A stretch of DNA of 18,461 bases, from positions 1 through 18,461 of the forward strand of contig NC_017184.1 in the NCBI RefSeq assembly GCF_000175255.2, written 5' to 3'. The stretch comes from Zymomonas mobilis subsp. mobilis ATCC 10988 (lineage in GTDB: Bacteria > Pseudomonadota > Alphaproteobacteria > Sphingomonadales > Sphingomonadaceae). The notes beneath the pieces were generated by a model. It made no database searches, was not told where the DNA came from, and worked only from the letters and a program-made list of their open reading frames with translations. Positions 16,112 to 18,461 of this stretch are shown here, in pieces; the first letter of the stretch is position 1; every line of letters begins with the position of its first letter. The translations under genes were made by a program, and so were the position numbers.

Positions 16112-17236
16112 TTATGGCTTCATCTGTCGAGTTTTAATCAACAGCTGTGCTATTTCGTCTGGAGAAAGAGGCATCCAGCCGAGTTTTTTTCTTTTTTTGC
16201 GGTGTTGAAGGATAGCTGCGTTTTGATCTGTCCGAAATTTTCTAGCGTACAGAGCTAAAAGGAAAGGATCAGTTTGATCTTTTCGGGTTTTAGAGGTCTC
16301 CAGAGCGTTATTATATAAATAACTATAACTATATAGAGTATCAAAATTGAACTCTCGTAAAAATCCCGAATTTTGGGGTTTTTTCAAGGGTCGGTCAGGC
16401 GGTATTTTGCGCTCTTTTTTCTCCCCTTTTTCTGTCTCTCCCATGATCACTTCAGCAAACTCTTTTACGGGCAAACTTTCCAGCATTTCTTCCGTTGTTG
16501 CCGCCTCATTTTCTTGAGCATGAGAAAAGTCGTCGGGCAGGGGAATATGTCTGCGCTGCATGACATGCAAAAAGGCCTGTTTTGCTATTTCAGGCCAAGA
16601 GGCCGGAGATAAAAAGCCGTAAGCATTGCTGGTTTGCCTCCGCTGCGGGCGTGCATCTTCCTTTTTAATTCTGATTGATCGCCGTATCCAACGAAGGAAT
16701 CCTTGCTCTTTTAGCTGCCTCAATAATCGGACAACGGTCGCACGAGCAAAACCAACCTTTTCAGAAATCGTCTCAAGAGTCGGTTCTAAACGGCCTGTTC
16801 TAAAATCAGCCATCCGAAACAGCATCTTTAGCAAGCGAACCGCTTTATCACTTAAAGCCCGCGTTTTGATCGAATACTGATCGACAGCTTCAAGATAGGC
16901 ACCAATATGGTCTTTATTGATGGCTTTCCAAACGAGATGTTCACGTTCGCCCACTTCATAAGAATTTCTATGGACGGGGTCTAATGGCTTCAATCTGATT
17001 TCTGCGTGTTCCAGTGGGTCAAGAAATTTGGCTTGGGCGGTTTTATGGGCAATGTCTGCCGCAGATTCAGCATCTAAGCCGCTTTTTACGAGCTGACGAA
17101 AATAGTCATTCTCATCAAATTCAGGCTGTGGCGGTTGTTCGTTATAACTTCGGAAAACTAATTTATCCGTTGTTGCGCTAGTATCCTCTTGGGACTGAAG
17201 CTGCTGGATAAGATTAGAAGCACTTACTTTTGTCAT
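16112..17236 (-). CDS. Plasmid replication protein (Rep 2, about 374 aa from the likely start)
   Basis: YSIKTRALSDKAVRLLKMLFRMADFRTGRLEPTLETISEKVGFARATVVRLLRQLKEQGFLRWIRRSIR; clearly homologous to Rep 1 throughout, including C-terminal GWMPLSPDEIAQLLIKTRQMKP. Start placed at MTKVSASN. Confidence 0.8.
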   Translation of the reverse strand: MTKVSASNLIQQLQSQEDTSATTDKLVFRSYNEQPPQPEFDENDYFRQLVKSGLDAESAADIAHKTAQAKFLDPLEHAEIRLKPLDPVHRNSYEVGEREHLVWKAINKDHIGAYLEAVDQYSIKTRALSDKAVRLLKMLFRMADFRTGRLEPTLETISEKVGFARATVVRLLRQLKEQGFLRWIRRSIRIKKEDARPQRRQTSNAYGFLSPASWPEIAKQAFLHVMQRRHIPLPDDFSHAQENEAATTEEMLESLPVKEFAEVIMGETEKGEKKERKIPPDRPLKKPQNSGFLREFNFDTLYSYSYLYNNALETSKTRKDQTDPFLLALYARKFRTDQNAAILQHRKKRKKLGWMPLSPDEIAQLLIKTRQMKP

Positions 17237-17384
17237 TTTCCTGTCCTCTCTATGGACAGGGCTAGATTTCACTACACAATTTTTTACCTCAATAGAGGCT
17301 TGCGTATTCCTGCAACAATCATTAGAATCAACATTGCTTTATGTTGTTATGTCGGTTCTAGTAACCGTTACATTTCGAAATCAA

Positions 17385-17420
17385 AACGTCCGGTTGTTGA
17401 AGCAACCGGACGTTTTTTTT
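17385..17420 (+). terminator. Strong intrinsic terminator upstream of rep 2, facing the rep gene's opposite strand
   Basis: AACGTCCGGTTG-TTGAAG-CAACCGGACGTT followed by TTTTTT on the plus strand. Confidence 0.8.
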
Positions 17421-17513
17421 GCCCTGAAAGCATTTCAAAACTGGTTAAAGATTTACGCTTATTTTTAACTATCAGACAAGAGCATTTTTAAAAATTAGAA
17501 GAAAAACCTATTT

Positions 17514-17773
17514 TTATCCGAATAATTCAAAATGAGATCCAATTCTCACTAGTTAAATTATCCACTCATCAGCTTTCCAATAAATTAAAAGCAAGGCAGA
17601 TCTAACATGATATTCCTAATAATTGCTCCCATTATCCGTTAAAGAATGATCTTTAAATCGGAGAGCAAGAAATTCATTCTTTGCAAGATTAATTATAATC
17701 GGGACAAAACATTTATCGAGAGATCTATCTGTTCTTTTCTCTTTTATAAGCTCGTCTAAATTGCAAAGTTTTC
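17514..17773 (-). pseudogene. yafQ: YafQ-like toxin with frameshift and in-frame stops
   Basis: Minus strand: LQFRRAYKRE / KRTDRSLDKCFVPIIINLAKNEFLALRFKDHSLTDNGSNY*EYHVRSALLLIYWKADEWII*LVRIGSHFELFG*, full length but broken. Confidence 0.85.
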
Positions 17774-18061
17774 TCAATCTGCCGCATTCAAAGTAGCCAT
17801 AAGAGATTGAATATCATCAAATTTTTTTAGTTTACCCGTTCGAGCCTCCAGCATTGCAGCAAGTGTTTTTTTGTTTGGAACCAAAGGTTCAAAGGGTAAC
17901 GCTTTTTCTTGAACAACTTTTGTAAGCATCATTCGGACGGCGTCCGATACAGTAAGGCCTATACTACCCAAGATCGCAGCAGCTTCCTGTTTTATTTGCC
18001 CATTAATCCGAGCTTGCACTAACTGATTAGCCGCCATTTTTATTCCATTTTTGAATGACAA
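17774..18061 (-). CDS. dinJ: DinJ/RelB-like antitoxin
   Basis: 95 aa: MAANQLVQARINGQIKQEAAAILGSIGLTVSDAVRMMLTKVVQEKALPFEPLVPNKKTLAAMLEARTGKLKKFDDIQSLMATLNAAD; likely start MAANQ. Confidence 0.9.
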   Translation of the reverse strand: MSFKNGIKMAANQLVQARINGQIKQEAAAILGSIGLTVSDAVRMMLTKVVQEKALPFEPLVPNKKTLAAMLEARTGKLKKFDDIQSLMATLNAAD

Positions 18062-18100
18062 GATAATTCATAGTATCTGCTTTTAATGATTTTGAAAAGC

Positions 18101-18335
18101 GATGTTTTTTCAGACCCGTTGTGTTCGCGATCAACCAAAGCCTGCGGTAAATTCAACCCTCTGTTTTGACGCGCGCTCTATTAACGCAGATATAGCCTAA
18201 ATCTTCCCAAATACAGCTTATAAAGCGGGTTATTTAATAGAATAAACCCGCCCCACTCAACGCATTTTGACGCAGCACTACCAATCTAAGCAACACGCTG
18301 GTTTTTAGCGAAATTGGACAGCTCAATAGACATTT
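18101..18335. repeat. Diverged copy 3 of the ~237-bp dispersed repeat
   Basis: Shares GTTTTTTCAGACCC, GTTCG, CTTATAAAGCGG, GCAGC and GTTTTTAGC(A/G)AAATTGGA blocks in the same order as copy 1 and its downstream extension (889-1125). Confidence 0.45.
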
Positions 18336-18461
18336 TATTAAGCAAAACGATTACAATATGATTTCAGATAGCTAACTTTAACCCACTATCTGGCACTCTA
18401 CTGGAAAGATAGAGAGTATGTTTTGTCTTACTTGGCTGTCATTATTTATCATGATAAATAA

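Noticed and set aside
16373-17491. ORFs 16373-16612, 16626-16880, 17189-17491
   Set aside because: Antisense to rep 2 or spanning its leader and the terminator; not coding-like.

Overview
This window looks like accessory plasmid DNA from an alphaproteobacterium. A Zymomonas-like host is my guess from sequence style, not a database result. Backbone: two paralogous plasmid Rep genes (~7.98-9.48 kb and ~16.1-17.2 kb, both minus), a ParA/ribbon-helix-helix partition cassette with four copies of the palindrome TGAATATTCA, a GapR-like (DUF2312) protein, and a mobilisation region arranged TraJ-like gene / candidate oriT / TraK-like gene with no relaxase. Mobile DNA: two apparently identical 847-bp IS5-family (IS427-like) elements in inverted orientation, both inserted at CTAG with TA duplication, plus two decayed IS5-type transposase remnants. 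The main theme is the density and decay of toxin-antitoxin (TA) loci. I count ten in 18.4 kb. Five look intact: RHH-Doc, TacAT-like GNAT, RelBE, HicAB, MazEF. Five have a lost or broken toxin: a zeta-like P-loop toxin with a 78-aa candidate antitoxin, split by an IS; an orphan HipB; and three DinJ/YafQ loci with truncated, IS-cut or stop-containing toxins. A ~237-bp non-coding repeat occurs twice with high similarity, plus a diverged third copy, and one copy abuts a truncated yafQ. The least-described items are the 78-aa/zeta-like pair, the ~237-bp repeat family, the par repeats, the orphan oriT cassette and several strong palindromes or hairpins.
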